Source: a virus. From it: a stretch of DNA of 64,000 nt. The stretch lies in the IMG/VR virus record IMGVR_UViG_3300021963_000047, positions 1-64,000 of that record, one strand, 5' to 3'. Below, in pieces: positions 35,425 through 46,007 of this stretch (the stretch's first letter is position 1; each line of letters begins with the position of its first letter). The translations under genes and the position numbers were made by a program. The notes under the pieces are model-generated. The model searched no databases, was not told where the DNA came from, and saw nothing but the letters and a program-made list of their open reading frames with translations.

Positions 35425-37217
35425 TGGCAAATAGTTCTATAAACCTAGTCGGTTTAGATTTTTCAGATATTAAACAAGACTTTAAAAATTACTTAAAGTC
35501 ACAAGACCAATTCAAAGACTATGACTTTGATGGATCTAATATGTCTGTACTTATGGATCTTTTGGCATACAATACATATAAGAATGCATTCTATCTAAAT
35601 ATGGCCGTCTCTGAAGCTTTCTTAGATTCATCACAGATGGAAGCTTCTGTATTATCACATGCTAAAGAACTCAATTATATTCCAAGATCTGCGCGTTCTT
35701 CGAGAGCAAAGATTGTAGTAAATTTTCAAGCTTCTGGAGACAATCAACCGTATACGGTTGAAAAGGGTACATCATTTACTTCAATCATAAAGAATGAGTC
35801 TTTTATTTTTACTATACCAGAAGCACTAAGTGTATCTTCTACAAACACTACGTTTAGTTTTGAAACATATGTGTATGAGGGTGTTTATTTAAAAGACTCC
35901 TATATTGTTGATACATCAATAGATACTCAAAGATTTATATTAACAAATAAAAATGTTGATACTGATAGTTTAGTTGTTACAGTATATGAAGATGGTTCAG
36001 ATATTGGTGAAAATTACACCATGTCTTCAACATTATTAGATTTAAATTCAACAAGTAAAGTTTATTTTCTACAGGCTAGTGATCTAGGAAATTATGAAAT
36101 CATTTTTGGTGATGATATAATTGGCAAGAAGCCTAAGAATGGTGCTAGAGTTGTATTAGACTATAGAATATCTAATGGATCTAGAGCAGATGGTTCAAAA
36201 GAATTTTCTATAAATTTTGACCCAACAAACGGTGAATTATTAGAAACTCCAGAAATAGAAGTAGTTGAAAATTCTATTGGTGGATTTGAAAGAGAATCTC
36301 TTGACTCTATTAAGTATTATGCACCAAGACATTTTCAAGTACAAGAAAGAGCTATAACAACTTCCGATTATGAAATCATTTTAAAAACTAAGTTTCCGGA
36401 AATTAATACATTATCTGTATATGGCGGAGAAGAAGTAGATCCTCCTAGATATGGTAAAGTGTTTATAGCTATTGATGTTTCTAATGTTGATGGCATTCCT
36501 GAAAATAGAAGAAATGAATATTATTCTTTTATAAAAGCAAGATCACCTCTTTCTATCGATCCAGTTATAGTTGAACCTATATTCACGTATCTATCAATAG
36601 ATTCTAAAGTAAGATATAATATAAACATTTCCAAATCAACACCAGATAGATTAAAAACATTAGTTACACAAGCTATACTAAATTATAATCAATTATACTT
36701 AGATGATTTTAATGCTACTCTTAGAAATAGTAAGTTAAATTTTGCTATAGATTCTTCAGATTCAAGCATAGTAAGTAATATTACTGATGTATTAATCTAT
36801 AAGAAAATAATCCCATCTTTAGAAACAGCACAAAATATCGATATATCATTTAACGTAGCTTTAACAGATGATTTACCTCTTCTATCTGACAGTCATCCAT
36901 CTACAGATAGACATACTGTGTCAAGTAGTTTATTTAAATATAATGGCATAGATGTCAGTATTGAAGATGATGGACAAGGAAGCTTAAGAATAGTACAACC
37001 AATAGGTGACATACATAAAAAAATTAGAGATGTTGGTACCGTTGATTATGCAACCGGTCTTATAAAATTAATTAATTTTTCTGTTGATAGCTATCAAGGA
37101 AATGAAATCAAAATATATGCAAGACCAAAAGATAGCGATATTACTGTAGCAAAAAATACGATATTAACTATCGAACCAACTGAAGTAAAAGTAAAAGTTG
37201 AAGCGGTTAGAGTTTAA
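35424..37217 (+). CDS. gp6: Baseplate wedge gp6
   Basis: LDFSDIK, DYDFDGSNMSVLMDLLAYNT, FLDS, QERAITTSDY, PPRYGKVFI. Confidence 0.93.
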   Translation: MANSSINLVGLDFSDIKQDFKNYLKSQDQFKDYDFDGSNMSVLMDLLAYNTYKNAFYLNMAVSEAFLDSSQMEASVLSHAKELNYIPRSARSSRAKIVVNFQASGDNQPYTVEKGTSFTSIIKNESFIFTIPEALSVSSTNTTFSFETYVYEGVYLKDSYIVDTSIDTQRFILTNKNVDTDSLVVTVYEDGSDIGENYTMSSTLLDLNSTSKVYFLQASDLGNYEIIFGDDIIGKKPKNGARVVLDYRISNGSRADGSKEFSINFDPTNGELLETPEIEVVENSIGGFERESLDSIKYYAPRHFQVQERAITTSDYEIILKTKFPEINTLSVYGGEEVDPPRYGKVFIAIDVSNVDGIPENRRNEYYSFIKARSPLSIDPVIVEPIFTYLSIDSKVRYNINISKSTPDRLKTLVTQAILNYNQLYLDDFNATLRNSKLNFAIDSSDSSIVSNITDVLIYKKIIPSLETAQNIDISFNVALTDDLPLLSDSHPSTDRHTVSSSLFKYNGIDVSIEDDGQGSLRIVQPIGDIHKKIRDVGTVDYATGLIKLINFSVDSYQGNEIKIYARPKDSDITVAKNTILTIEPTEVKVKVEAVRV

Positions 37218-39709
37218 TGGAAGTAATAGAAAAGAAGATTTCCAACTTAATTGAAAATCAATTTCCTTCTTTTTATAAAGAGCAAGGACCAATCTTCATT
37301 GAGTTTGTTAGACAGTATTATAAGTGGTTAGAGACAGAGAATGCGTTAAAACATTCAAGAAATTTCTTTGACTATAAAGATATCGATGATACTACTGATG
37401 AATTTCTTGTTTACTTTAAAGAAAAATATTTAAAAAATATCCAGTTCGAAACTACTACAAATACTAGACAACTACTTAAACATACACTAGATCTTTATAG
37501 ATCAAAAGGTACTGAAAGATCTATAGATCTTTTATTCAAACTGGTATTTGGTGTTCCGGCTCATGTCTATTATCCAGGAGACGATGTATTTACTCTGTCT
37601 TCTGGTAAATGGAAGAAACAAAAATACTTAGAAGTAAATTTAAATAATATTAATACAGTTTTTTCTGGAGAAACTATAATAGGTTTAACATCTTCTGCTA
37701 CAGCATATGTTGATGCTGTAGTTAGAAAGAAAGTAAAAGGAAGACTTATAGATGTATTATACATCTCTTCTTTAAATGGTAATTTTGTAACCGGTGAATA
37801 TATTAATGTTGTTAATGACGGTGTTCTAGATGGAGATAGAAAAACGTTTATAACAGGTTCATTAAACTCAGTAATAGTATCTGATATAGGTGTTGGTTCA
37901 GATTATGCGGTAGGTGATATTGTAGATTTAAATTCTGTCTATGGTATAAATGCAAAAGCAAGAGTTGTATCTATTAATTCTGCAGTAGGAACTGTAGAAT
38001 TTGAATTAATTAATGGTGGTTATGCTTATACAGATAATGCTAGTATTTTAATATCTGAAAAAGTCGTAACATTATCAAATGTAGTTGTTTCTAATTCTCA
38101 AGTTAATAACTATTTTGAGATACTTAATAATGTTTATCAACCACTAGCAAATATAAACTTCTTAAATGCTAATGGTTATTTTACTTCTAATGATTATATC
38201 TACACATATCATTCGAATGGTTCTGTAAAAGGTGTTGGTAAAGTAATATCTACTTCTACAAACACCGATACAAACGGTCAAATTTATATAATCAAATATT
38301 CTGGTAACCTTCAAGCCAATGATTTTTATACTACCGGTAACACAATTGGCGCCAATCAATCTGTAGTAAATGGTTATGTTGATAAAACTGTGTCTGCTAA
38401 CGTTATTGGTGTTTCATCGAACGTAACTCTATACATTGCAAATACAAATAAATCATTCGTTAAAGATCAAATTGTATATCAAGTAAATGATAGTAACACA
38501 GTTACAGCGAATGGTACAATTTTAAAATATACTCAAACACTTGGTTCTAATGGTATCTTAGAAGTAGCAAATACGTTCGGTGTATTTAGATCTTCGCGTG
38601 CAATTTATAGTTCTAATAATTTAATTTCTAATCTAAGTTCTGTTGAACTTAGAGTTGGTTTGCATAGTGTTAATGGTACTTATACAACGTTTAATAATAA
38701 TTATTTTTATGCAAATGCTGAAAAGTATGACACTACAGCTGCAGTAAAAACGGTAGGTCTAGGAACTGGAGCTTCATTTACTATATCAAATGATATGATC
38801 TATGAAGAATATATTGATTTAAATACTGATTATCTTTCAGAATTTGCTAATACAGAATTAGATGTTGTTTATGGATTTGATGCCATGCCAACAGCAAATC
38901 TAACAACATTATTAGATGATGCTCTTTCTTTTGCTAATACACAAATAGGAAAAATTGCAGCAATTACTGGAATAAATCCTGGTTCCGGTTATAGCTATCC
39001 ACCATTTGTTTTAATATATGAACCTAAAACTTATCGCTATCAAAAGCAAGATAAAATATTAACTATTGCAAATAATACTGCTACATTTTTACCTGGTGAA
39101 ATAGTCACACAAAATGTTGGTTCTAATGCTTTTGCTATTGTAAAGAGCTTTAGTAATAATGAACTAAGATTGGAAAAACTAGTTTGGAATGATATTTTTA
39201 CTGTCACTACAAACTCTGCTACAAGAATATTTGGTGAAACAAGTGGAGCGTATGGTAATATAACAGCAATTAATATTGATTTTACTACAGAATATCTTGG
39301 ATTTAATGCAGTAGTTGATGATAAAGTACAGACATCTAATGGAGCTATAACACAACTTCAAATATTAGACTCTGGTTATGGATTTATTAATTCAGAAACA
39401 GTATCTATAACTTCATCAAATAATGACTCTCTTGCTTCTGGTATAGCAGTCTTAAGTAGACAGGGAGAAGCTCAAGGATTTTATAGTCAAAAGGGTGGTT
39501 TCTTGAGTGATCAGAAAAAATTATTCGATGGTAACTATTATCAAGATTATTCATATGAAATAATATCATCTGTCGTTCTTAATAAATATGAAGAAATGCT
39601 TAAACAGGTACTTCATTTATCTGGCACAAAATACTTCTCTAAGTATGAGTATGCTGAAGCGGCCAATTCAAGTGTTAATATTTTAGATGTAAACATTACG
39701 GTACAATAA
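37217..39709 (+). CDS. gp7: Baseplate wedge gp7-like
   Basis: FVRQYYKW, LYRSKGT, DGNYYQDYSY, LHLSGTK; follows gp6. Confidence 0.75.
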   Translation: MEVIEKKISNLIENQFPSFYKEQGPIFIEFVRQYYKWLETENALKHSRNFFDYKDIDDTTDEFLVYFKEKYLKNIQFETTTNTRQLLKHTLDLYRSKGTERSIDLLFKLVFGVPAHVYYPGDDVFTLSSGKWKKQKYLEVNLNNINTVFSGETIIGLTSSATAYVDAVVRKKVKGRLIDVLYISSLNGNFVTGEYINVVNDGVLDGDRKTFITGSLNSVIVSDIGVGSDYAVGDIVDLNSVYGINAKARVVSINSAVGTVEFELINGGYAYTDNASILISEKVVTLSNVVVSNSQVNNYFEILNNVYQPLANINFLNANGYFTSNDYIYTYHSNGSVKGVGKVISTSTNTDTNGQIYIIKYSGNLQANDFYTTGNTIGANQSVVNGYVDKTVSANVIGVSSNVTLYIANTNKSFVKDQIVYQVNDSNTVTANGTILKYTQTLGSNGILEVANTFGVFRSSRAIYSSNNLISNLSSVELRVGLHSVNGTYTTFNNNYFYANAEKYDTTAAVKTVGLGTGASFTISNDMIYEEYIDLNTDYLSEFANTELDVVYGFDAMPTANLTTLLDDALSFANTQIGKIAAITGINPGSGYSYPPFVLIYEPKTYRYQKQDKILTIANNTATFLPGEIVTQNVGSNAFAIVKSFSNNELRLEKLVWNDIFTVTTNSATRIFGETSGAYGNITAINIDFTTEYLGFNAVVDDKVQTSNGAITQLQILDSGYGFINSETVSITSSNNDSLASGIAVLSRQGEAQGFYSQKGGFLSDQKKLFDGNYYQDYSYEIISSVVLNKYEEMLKQVLHLSGTKYFSKYEYAEAANSSVNILDVNITVQ

Positions 39710-41748
39710 TGGCAAAAAAATTAACAACAGTACACAATAAACATCATGTTGCTACCCAGTTCTTGGAATCTGTTTCTGAGACTACAAATACTGCATATTA
39801 TGTTTTTGTCGGTGATCAATATGATAGATCTTCTGTAAGAGAAATATCAGAATCAGATAGAGACATTATCATTGATACGTATCAAAATATGATAATGGGT
39901 AAAAGAGTTACGCCATCTGACATCAAATTAGGAATTAGAAATATTCCATATGTTTCTAATACAAAATATGATATGTATGATGATCAAGATCAATATCTAT
40001 CAATAAAAAACTATTATGTTGTTGTTAATGCTTCATCATACTATCACGTTTATAAATGCTTAGATAATAATGGAAATACGTATTCTACCATTACACCAGA
40101 TATATCTCATATATCTGGTGCTAATACAGAATTATATGAAACTTCAGATGGTTATAGATGGAAATATCTATTTTCTATAAGCTCTTCAGCAAAAAATAAA
40201 TTTGCTACAGATGATTATTTTCCAATAGTTGCAAATACTTCAGTTACAAGCAGTGCAGTAGATGGTTCAATCAATCTAATTAAAGTTATAGATGGCGGAA
40301 AAAGATATGACAATTATTTAGAAGGAACATTTAGTACTTCACATATTAAAATAAATGGTAATTCAGTATTATATGAAATTTCAAATTCTAATATTAATAC
40401 TACAAATACTTTTTATTCTAACTGTTTAATATATCTTAGCTCAGGTACAGGTATAGGACAATATAGAAAGATTGTTGACTACTTTACAAATTCTAATGGA
40501 AATTATATTGTAGTTAATAGTGAATTTACCACAGTACCTACCAATGGTACTGAATGGGAAATATATCCATATGTTAAAATAGTTGGTTCTGGGCAAACTA
40601 TTAATGCTGTCGCCAGAGCAATTGTGAATTCTAGTTCTTCTAATAGTATTCATAAGATTGAAATCTTAGATCCTGGAAAAAATTATAATTATCATGATTC
40701 AACTATAGAAGTATCATCTGTTGTTTCTACATCAGAAAATTTTAGACAAGCAAATGTTAGATCAATATATTCACCGCCAGGTGGTCATGGTTCTAGCATT
40801 GAAAATGAATTATATTGTAAAAATATGATCATAAGTGTTGAATTTGCAAACAGTGAAAGCAATACTATTTTAACAACAAATAAATTTAATCAAGTAGGTT
40901 TACTAAAAGATCCTCTTTTTACTAATGTACAATTAAATTTGGATAATGTTGTTGGTACTTTTACTCCAGATGAAAAAATAGTTAAGATAAATCCAATAAG
41001 AATTAATACTAATGCAATTAGCAATTCTACTTCTAATATAACATGCAATTCTGCTGCTTTTAATACGCAGTTACAAGCAGGTGATACAATCTATCTTAGA
41101 ACTAGTGATAGTACTGAACACTTTATTCATACTGTTAATAGTATTGTTAATTCTACAGTTATAACATTGACTACAAATACTTCAATTACATCAAATAATG
41201 TATGGATATATTTGGCAAACGTTTCATCTAATGGTTATCTTAGCGATATAAAAACCGCTAATTCTATTTTATTATCAAATGTACAAGGAATATTCCAGAC
41301 AGATGATACTGTTGTTGGTTTGCAGTCTGGTACAGTTGGTACTGTAACTACAATTTATAGAAATGACGTAGCAAAAGGATTTAATACCTTTATACAACTT
41401 GGCAAATTTGTTGGTAACTTAGTTTCTGGAACTTTTACTGAAAATGAAATAATATATCAAGGCAACTTAACTGCCGCAAACGCTACTCTTCACTCTGTAA
41501 TAAATACATCTAGTAACGGTATTCTTCTTTATGTAAGTAACACTGTTGGATCATTTTCATTTGGTAATGTCGGAAATGTATCTTTCACTGTTACAGGAAA
41601 TGATAGTTTAGCTGTAGCGCATGTGTCTAATTCATATCCTGGAGAATTGGTATATGGCTCTGGCGAAGTATTATATCTTAATAATATTGAAGCCGTTGAA
41701 AGAGAAGAAACACAAAAAGAAGTATTTAAAATAATTTTTGAATTTTAA
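39709..41748 (+). CDS. gp8: Baseplate wedge gp8-like
   Basis: VYKCLDN, DGYRWKYLF, SPPGGHG, QVGLLKDP, SGEVLY..N...R...QKE.FKIIFEF. Confidence 0.85.
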   Translation: MAKKLTTVHNKHHVATQFLESVSETTNTAYYVFVGDQYDRSSVREISESDRDIIIDTYQNMIMGKRVTPSDIKLGIRNIPYVSNTKYDMYDDQDQYLSIKNYYVVVNASSYYHVYKCLDNNGNTYSTITPDISHISGANTELYETSDGYRWKYLFSISSSAKNKFATDDYFPIVANTSVTSSAVDGSINLIKVIDGGKRYDNYLEGTFSTSHIKINGNSVLYEISNSNINTTNTFYSNCLIYLSSGTGIGQYRKIVDYFTNSNGNYIVVNSEFTTVPTNGTEWEIYPYVKIVGSGQTINAVARAIVNSSSSNSIHKIEILDPGKNYNYHDSTIEVSSVVSTSENFRQANVRSIYSPPGGHGSSIENELYCKNMIISVEFANSESNTILTTNKFNQVGLLKDPLFTNVQLNLDNVVGTFTPDEKIVKINPIRINTNAISNSTSNITCNSAAFNTQLQAGDTIYLRTSDSTEHFIHTVNSIVNSTVITLTTNTSITSNNVWIYLANVSSNGYLSDIKTANSILLSNVQGIFQTDDTVVGLQSGTVGTVTTIYRNDVAKGFNTFIQLGKFVGNLVSGTFTENEIIYQGNLTAANATLHSVINTSSNGILLYVSNTVGSFSFGNVGNVSFTVTGNDSLAVAHVSNSYPGELVYGSGEVLYLNNIEAVEREETQKEVFKIIFEF

Positions 41749-41757
41749 GGGGTTTAG

Positions 41758-44700
41758 ATGGCTATCGAGAAAGATCTTAACGTATCTCCATATTTTGATG
41801 ACTACGATGAGGCAAAGAATTTTCACAGAGTTCTTTTCAAGCCGGGCGTCTCTGTACAAGTTAGAGAACTAAACCAACTTCAAGCTATTCTTCAAAATCA
41901 AGTTGAAAGATTTGGTAACAATATCTATAAAAGAGGAACAATCATCGATGGTTGTTCATTCTCTTTTGATGATACAATTAGATATGTCAAGCTTTTAGAT
42001 AACGATTTTTTTGGTGTTCCAGTCAATATAAGTGTTTTAAACAATCCAAGTTTTAGAGTTAAGAACTCTAACAATGTACTATCTACTATAGTAAATGTTT
42101 CTGATGGTTATGAGTCTACAGATCCTGATTTAAAAACTTTATATATTCGTTATAGAAATGCTGGAGATAGCGGTTCAGAATATTCATATGACCCAAATCA
42201 GATTTTAACTGTTTATCATAAAAATAAAAGACTTGGTGATATTACAGTCAATAATGGTGGTCTTAATTTTTCTAATTCAGATACATTAGTAATCACACCA
42301 CAGATAGCAGTAAATGTTACATCCGGATCATTTACAAACGGTCAGTATATAACTGATACAACAAATGGTGCCAATCTACAAATTATTGGTGTCGATACAA
42401 CAACATATTCTTCCAATAATTGGGTACTTTTAAAACTAAAACCATTAGATTCGGTTTTAGCCAATGCAGATGCTACTGCCAATCTTTGGACAGTAGGTGT
42501 TGGTAATGAAGTAACAACTAATACAACTGTAGCTACAGTCATAAGCAAATTTGGTGATTCTGCTGTAGGTTATGTAAGAACTACAGCAGCAGGAAAAGTT
42601 ACTAGTGCAATTCTAACTGCTAGAGGAAGTGGTTATGAACATGTTCCAACAGTTAGATTAAGATCTATAGGCAATCCTTCTGGCCTTACAACATTAGATC
42701 TTGAAGCTAGAAATTATTATACTAAACTTGTTGTTGCTGATGGTGCTACAGCTGTTGGCAACAGTTATCAATTTGGTGTTAGTGAAGGAATTATATATCA
42801 AAAAGGTCATTTCATAAGAGTTGAACCTCAGAGCATTATTGTTTCTAAATATAATAATGTTCCAAACAATGTTTCTGTTGTATTTGAAACTACAGAAGAT
42901 ATTATTAACTCTAACATTGATACTTCTCTATTAGATAATGCTCTTGGTACTGAAAACGAAACTGCTCCTGGCGCAGATAGATTAAAACTTACAGCAAACC
43001 TTGTTGTACAGGCTACATCAAACGCTGAAGCTAATGCAGAGACTTATATATTAACAAGTTTCTCTGAAGGTTATCCATTCAGACAAAATCAATTTACTGC
43101 TTTCAATTCTATAAATGATGAAATGGCAGAAAGAACAAATGATCAATCAGGCAACTTTGTTCTAGATCCATTTGCCATGACAACGCGTTCACCAGCAAAT
43201 ACTGCATACGAAGGAAATACTTTTTCTATTGTTGTTGATCCGGGAAGAGCTTATATTAGTGGTTATAGAGTAGCTACAAAATCAAACTTTGTATTGGATG
43301 TCCCTAAGTCATTAGATACAATGACTGCTAATGTTAATATAAGCTTGAATTATGGAAACTATATTAGAGTTTCTGATGTAGCTGGTTTATTTCAGTTTAA
43401 TACCGGTTCTATAGTTAAACTATATAATGCTGCTAAAGATTATATTGCAAACTCTGATTTAGCAACAGGTGAATCAATAACACCTGCAGGAACTAATATT
43501 GGTCAGGCAAGAGTTAGATCTCTAGTATTAGAAAATGGAGTAGCTGGTACATCTTCAGCTATATATAGATTATATCTTTTCCAAGTTGATATCTATCCCG
43601 GTTATAATTTTAAAGACGCAAGAAGCGTTTATTATGATGGTTCAATTAAGGGTATTGCTGATATCATACTTGAATATGATCCTACATCAAATAGTAATAT
43701 TGCTGTAGCAAAAGACAGTAAGAACGGCAAATTAGTATTTAATACAAATAGAACAATTAAAAATGCTAATAATGTAAGATACACATATAGAACAGTATCA
43801 TCTAATACTGCTATGAGTGGTAATGGTACTGCAACGATCTCATATACTAGTATTGCTGATGAGTTCTTTCCATATTCATCACCACTAAGTGTTTCTGATT
43901 TACAATCACTATACGTTGCTCCAGCAGGTCAAGGTTTCAAGAGCAATGTTGCTATTACAGGCACTGTGACTGCAACCACTACTTCACCGAACTTAGTTGG
44001 TTCTTCAACTACATTTATAACAGATTTAAGAATTGGCGATTATATCTACGTATATTCTAATACAACTAGTTATGATATTAAGTTAGTAACAAATATAGTT
44101 AATAATACTCTTATTATTGTAGATTCAAATGTATCATTTGCAAACACTACTAGTTATATTAAGAGATACTACCCACAATATATTCCAATACCATTTGGCA
44201 CAAGAGATGGTCTAACAGCAAACGTAGATGCTAATAGCAATATCTTGACTATTAGTTTAGGCAGTGCTATAGAAACACCTTCAAATAATCATACAATTGT
44301 AGCTTATAACGTAGAAAGAATTGGTGCAGCAGCTGGAACTAAGACAGCAAGTAGAAATAATCTTGTAAAGATTAGTACAGCAAATAATACTGCGAATACA
44401 ATTGGACCTTGGTATCTTGGTGTAAAAGATATAATTAGACTTAGAAAAGTTTATAAGTCTAATAGTAGTACAGTTAATACTAATAGCACAGATGTTACTG
44501 ACTATTTCTATATCGATCATAATCATAATGAAGATTATATTGATAATGGTTGGTTATATCTAAATCCTAAAGTAAACTTTTCTCTAGCAAATACTGATTG
44601 GTTACTTGTTGAATTTGATAGAGCTAATACTTCAGTAAGTGGTTATTATACTTCTGTATCTTATTTAACTGCAAATGCTGAACAGATTGCAGTTAATGAT

Positions 44701-45462
44701 TCTAAAGCTTTAGCTAACTTGAATACAAGTATGCATACTATGGAAGTTCCTGAATTTTTCACAAATGAAAATAAGTATTATGATATGTTAAAGTGTTTTG
44801 ATTTTAGACCACACTCTAATAATAATGCAAACTTAACATCTAATGCTTCATTGGCTACAATTAATCCGGAAGAATTAAATGCAAATAATCTATTTGCAAA
44901 TACAGAATATCGTTTTCCGTTGCCAGATAGTAGATTAACTGCTCAAGTAGAATACTACACTGGAAGAACTGATACAGTTAGAGTTAATAAAAATAATACT
45001 ATAACTGTAACTGAAGGTATAAGCAATGGTGGTCTAACAACAACTGGAAGAACTAGAGATAGTATAAAGATTGGAAATGTAAGAGTACCACCATATCCTT
45101 CTATTCCAGAAAATCCTTCTACTCAATTGCAAGAAATTTTAGATAAGCAAATTGCTAGTGAAAATTTTGTCTTTAATAGAATAGTAGATAGAACTATCTC
45201 TAGACAAATGGATATTACTTCTCAAGCAAAAGCTTATAATATGAAAGATATTGGTAGATTGGATCGTCGTATTCAAAATCTAGAATATACAGTAAGTCTT
45301 TCATTAGCAGAAAGTAATCTTAAAAATAAAGTAATTCCAAGTTCTATTGCTCCTGAAATTAATAGATTTAAATTTGGTTTCTTTATTGATGACTTCTCCA
45401 ATAAAAACTTTACTGAAGAGAAAGATCCAGAATATTCTGCAACGTTGGATATAAGAAAGTAA
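41758..45462 (+). CDS. Large virion structural protein, DUF4815/VrlC-like N-terminal part
   Basis: LNVSPYFDDY, VLFKPG..VQVRELNQLQ, APGADR, MKDIGRLDRRIQNLEY, RFKFGFFIDDF. Confidence 0.8.
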   Translation: MAIEKDLNVSPYFDDYDEAKNFHRVLFKPGVSVQVRELNQLQAILQNQVERFGNNIYKRGTIIDGCSFSFDDTIRYVKLLDNDFFGVPVNISVLNNPSFRVKNSNNVLSTIVNVSDGYESTDPDLKTLYIRYRNAGDSGSEYSYDPNQILTVYHKNKRLGDITVNNGGLNFSNSDTLVITPQIAVNVTSGSFTNGQYITDTTNGANLQIIGVDTTTYSSNNWVLLKLKPLDSVLANADATANLWTVGVGNEVTTNTTVATVISKFGDSAVGYVRTTAAGKVTSAILTARGSGYEHVPTVRLRSIGNPSGLTTLDLEARNYYTKLVVADGATAVGNSYQFGVSEGIIYQKGHFIRVEPQSIIVSKYNNVPNNVSVVFETTEDIINSNIDTSLLDNALGTENETAPGADRLKLTANLVVQATSNAEANAETYILTSFSEGYPFRQNQFTAFNSINDEMAERTNDQSGNFVLDPFAMTTRSPANTAYEGNTFSIVVDPGRAYISGYRVATKSNFVLDVPKSLDTMTANVNISLNYGNYIRVSDVAGLFQFNTGSIVKLYNAAKDYIANSDLATGESITPAGTNIGQARVRSLVLENGVAGTSSAIYRLYLFQVDIYPGYNFKDARSVYYDGSIKGIADIILEYDPTSNSNIAVAKDSKNGKLVFNTNRTIKNANNVRYTYRTVSSNTAMSGNGTATISYTSIADEFFPYSSPLSVSDLQSLYVAPAGQGFKSNVAITGTVTATTTSPNLVGSSTTFITDLRIGDYIYVYSNTTSYDIKLVTNIVNNTLIIVDSNVSFANTTSYIKRYYPQYIPIPFGTRDGLTANVDANSNILTISLGSAIETPSNNHTIVAYNVERIGAAAGTKTASRNNLVKISTANNTANTIGPWYLGVKDIIRLRKVYKSNSSTVNTNSTDVTDYFYIDHNHNEDYIDNGWLYLNPKVNFSLANTDWLLVEFDRANTSVSGYYTSVSYLTANAEQIAVNDSKALANLNTSMHTMEVPEFFTNENKYYDMLKCFDFRPHSNNNANLTSNASLATINPEELNANNLFANTEYRFPLPDSRLTAQVEYYTGRTDTVRVNKNNTITVTEGISNGGLTTTGRTRDSIKIGNVRVPPYPSIPENPSTQLQEILDKQIASENFVFNRIVDRTISRQMDITSQAKAYNMKDIGRLDRRIQNLEYTVSLSLAESNLKNKVIPSSIAPEINRFKFGFFIDDFSNKNFTEEKDPEYSATLDIRK

Positions 45463-45500
45463 ATAGGAATAATCAATGAATATTTTTAAGGTAAGAAACT

Positions 45501-45962
45501 ATGTTATATCCGCTTAGAGAGAATTTTTATATAACTGTTGATGGCGATACAGAGCCAGCATATCAAGAGTTTCAAATAGTTTCTCAGCCTATAGCTACTT
45601 ACATTTATGTACCACCTACAACTGGAACTGGTGTAGGTGGTACTGGTGTAGGTGGTACTGGTGTTATAACAACAGGTACTGGTGGTACAGATTGGACTGG
45701 AACTGGTGTAGGTGGTACTGGTGTTGGAACTGGCGTAGGTGGAACCGGTGTTGGAACCGGTGTTGGAACTGGTGTGGGTGTAGATTATCCAGAATTTGGC
45801 GATGGATATGACGATGACGATGATGATGACGATGATGATGCACCATGCACAGGAGATACTGATACAACTGGTGATACATGTACTTGCGCTGATGCCGAAG
45901 ATGATGACGATGACGATGATGATGACGGTGACGATGATGATGGCGATGATGATGGCGAGTGA
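45501..45962 (+). CDS. Low-complexity protein (GTGVG repeats plus poly-Asp)
   Basis: AAGG RBS; GTGVG repeats at about 45620-45780, GAT/GAC runs at about 45808-45955. Confidence 0.6.
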   Translation: MLYPLRENFYITVDGDTEPAYQEFQIVSQPIATYIYVPPTTGTGVGGTGVGGTGVITTGTGGTDWTGTGVGGTGVGTGVGGTGVGTGVGTGVGVDYPEFGDGYDDDDDDDDDDAPCTGDTDTTGDTCTCADAEDDDDDDDDDGDDDDGDDDGE

Positions 45963-46007
45963 TTTGAAGCTAAATAAGATAAAGTACATTTCGGAGAAAT
46001 TAAAACA

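Noticed and set aside
45451-45500. Gene 60-like translational hop or intron joining the DUF4815 pieces (TAAGAAA repeated on both sides of the gap)
   Set aside because: No matching landing codon in the downstream frame (TAA GAA ACT ATG), deleting between the repeats does not restore the frame, and there is no intron-like structure.
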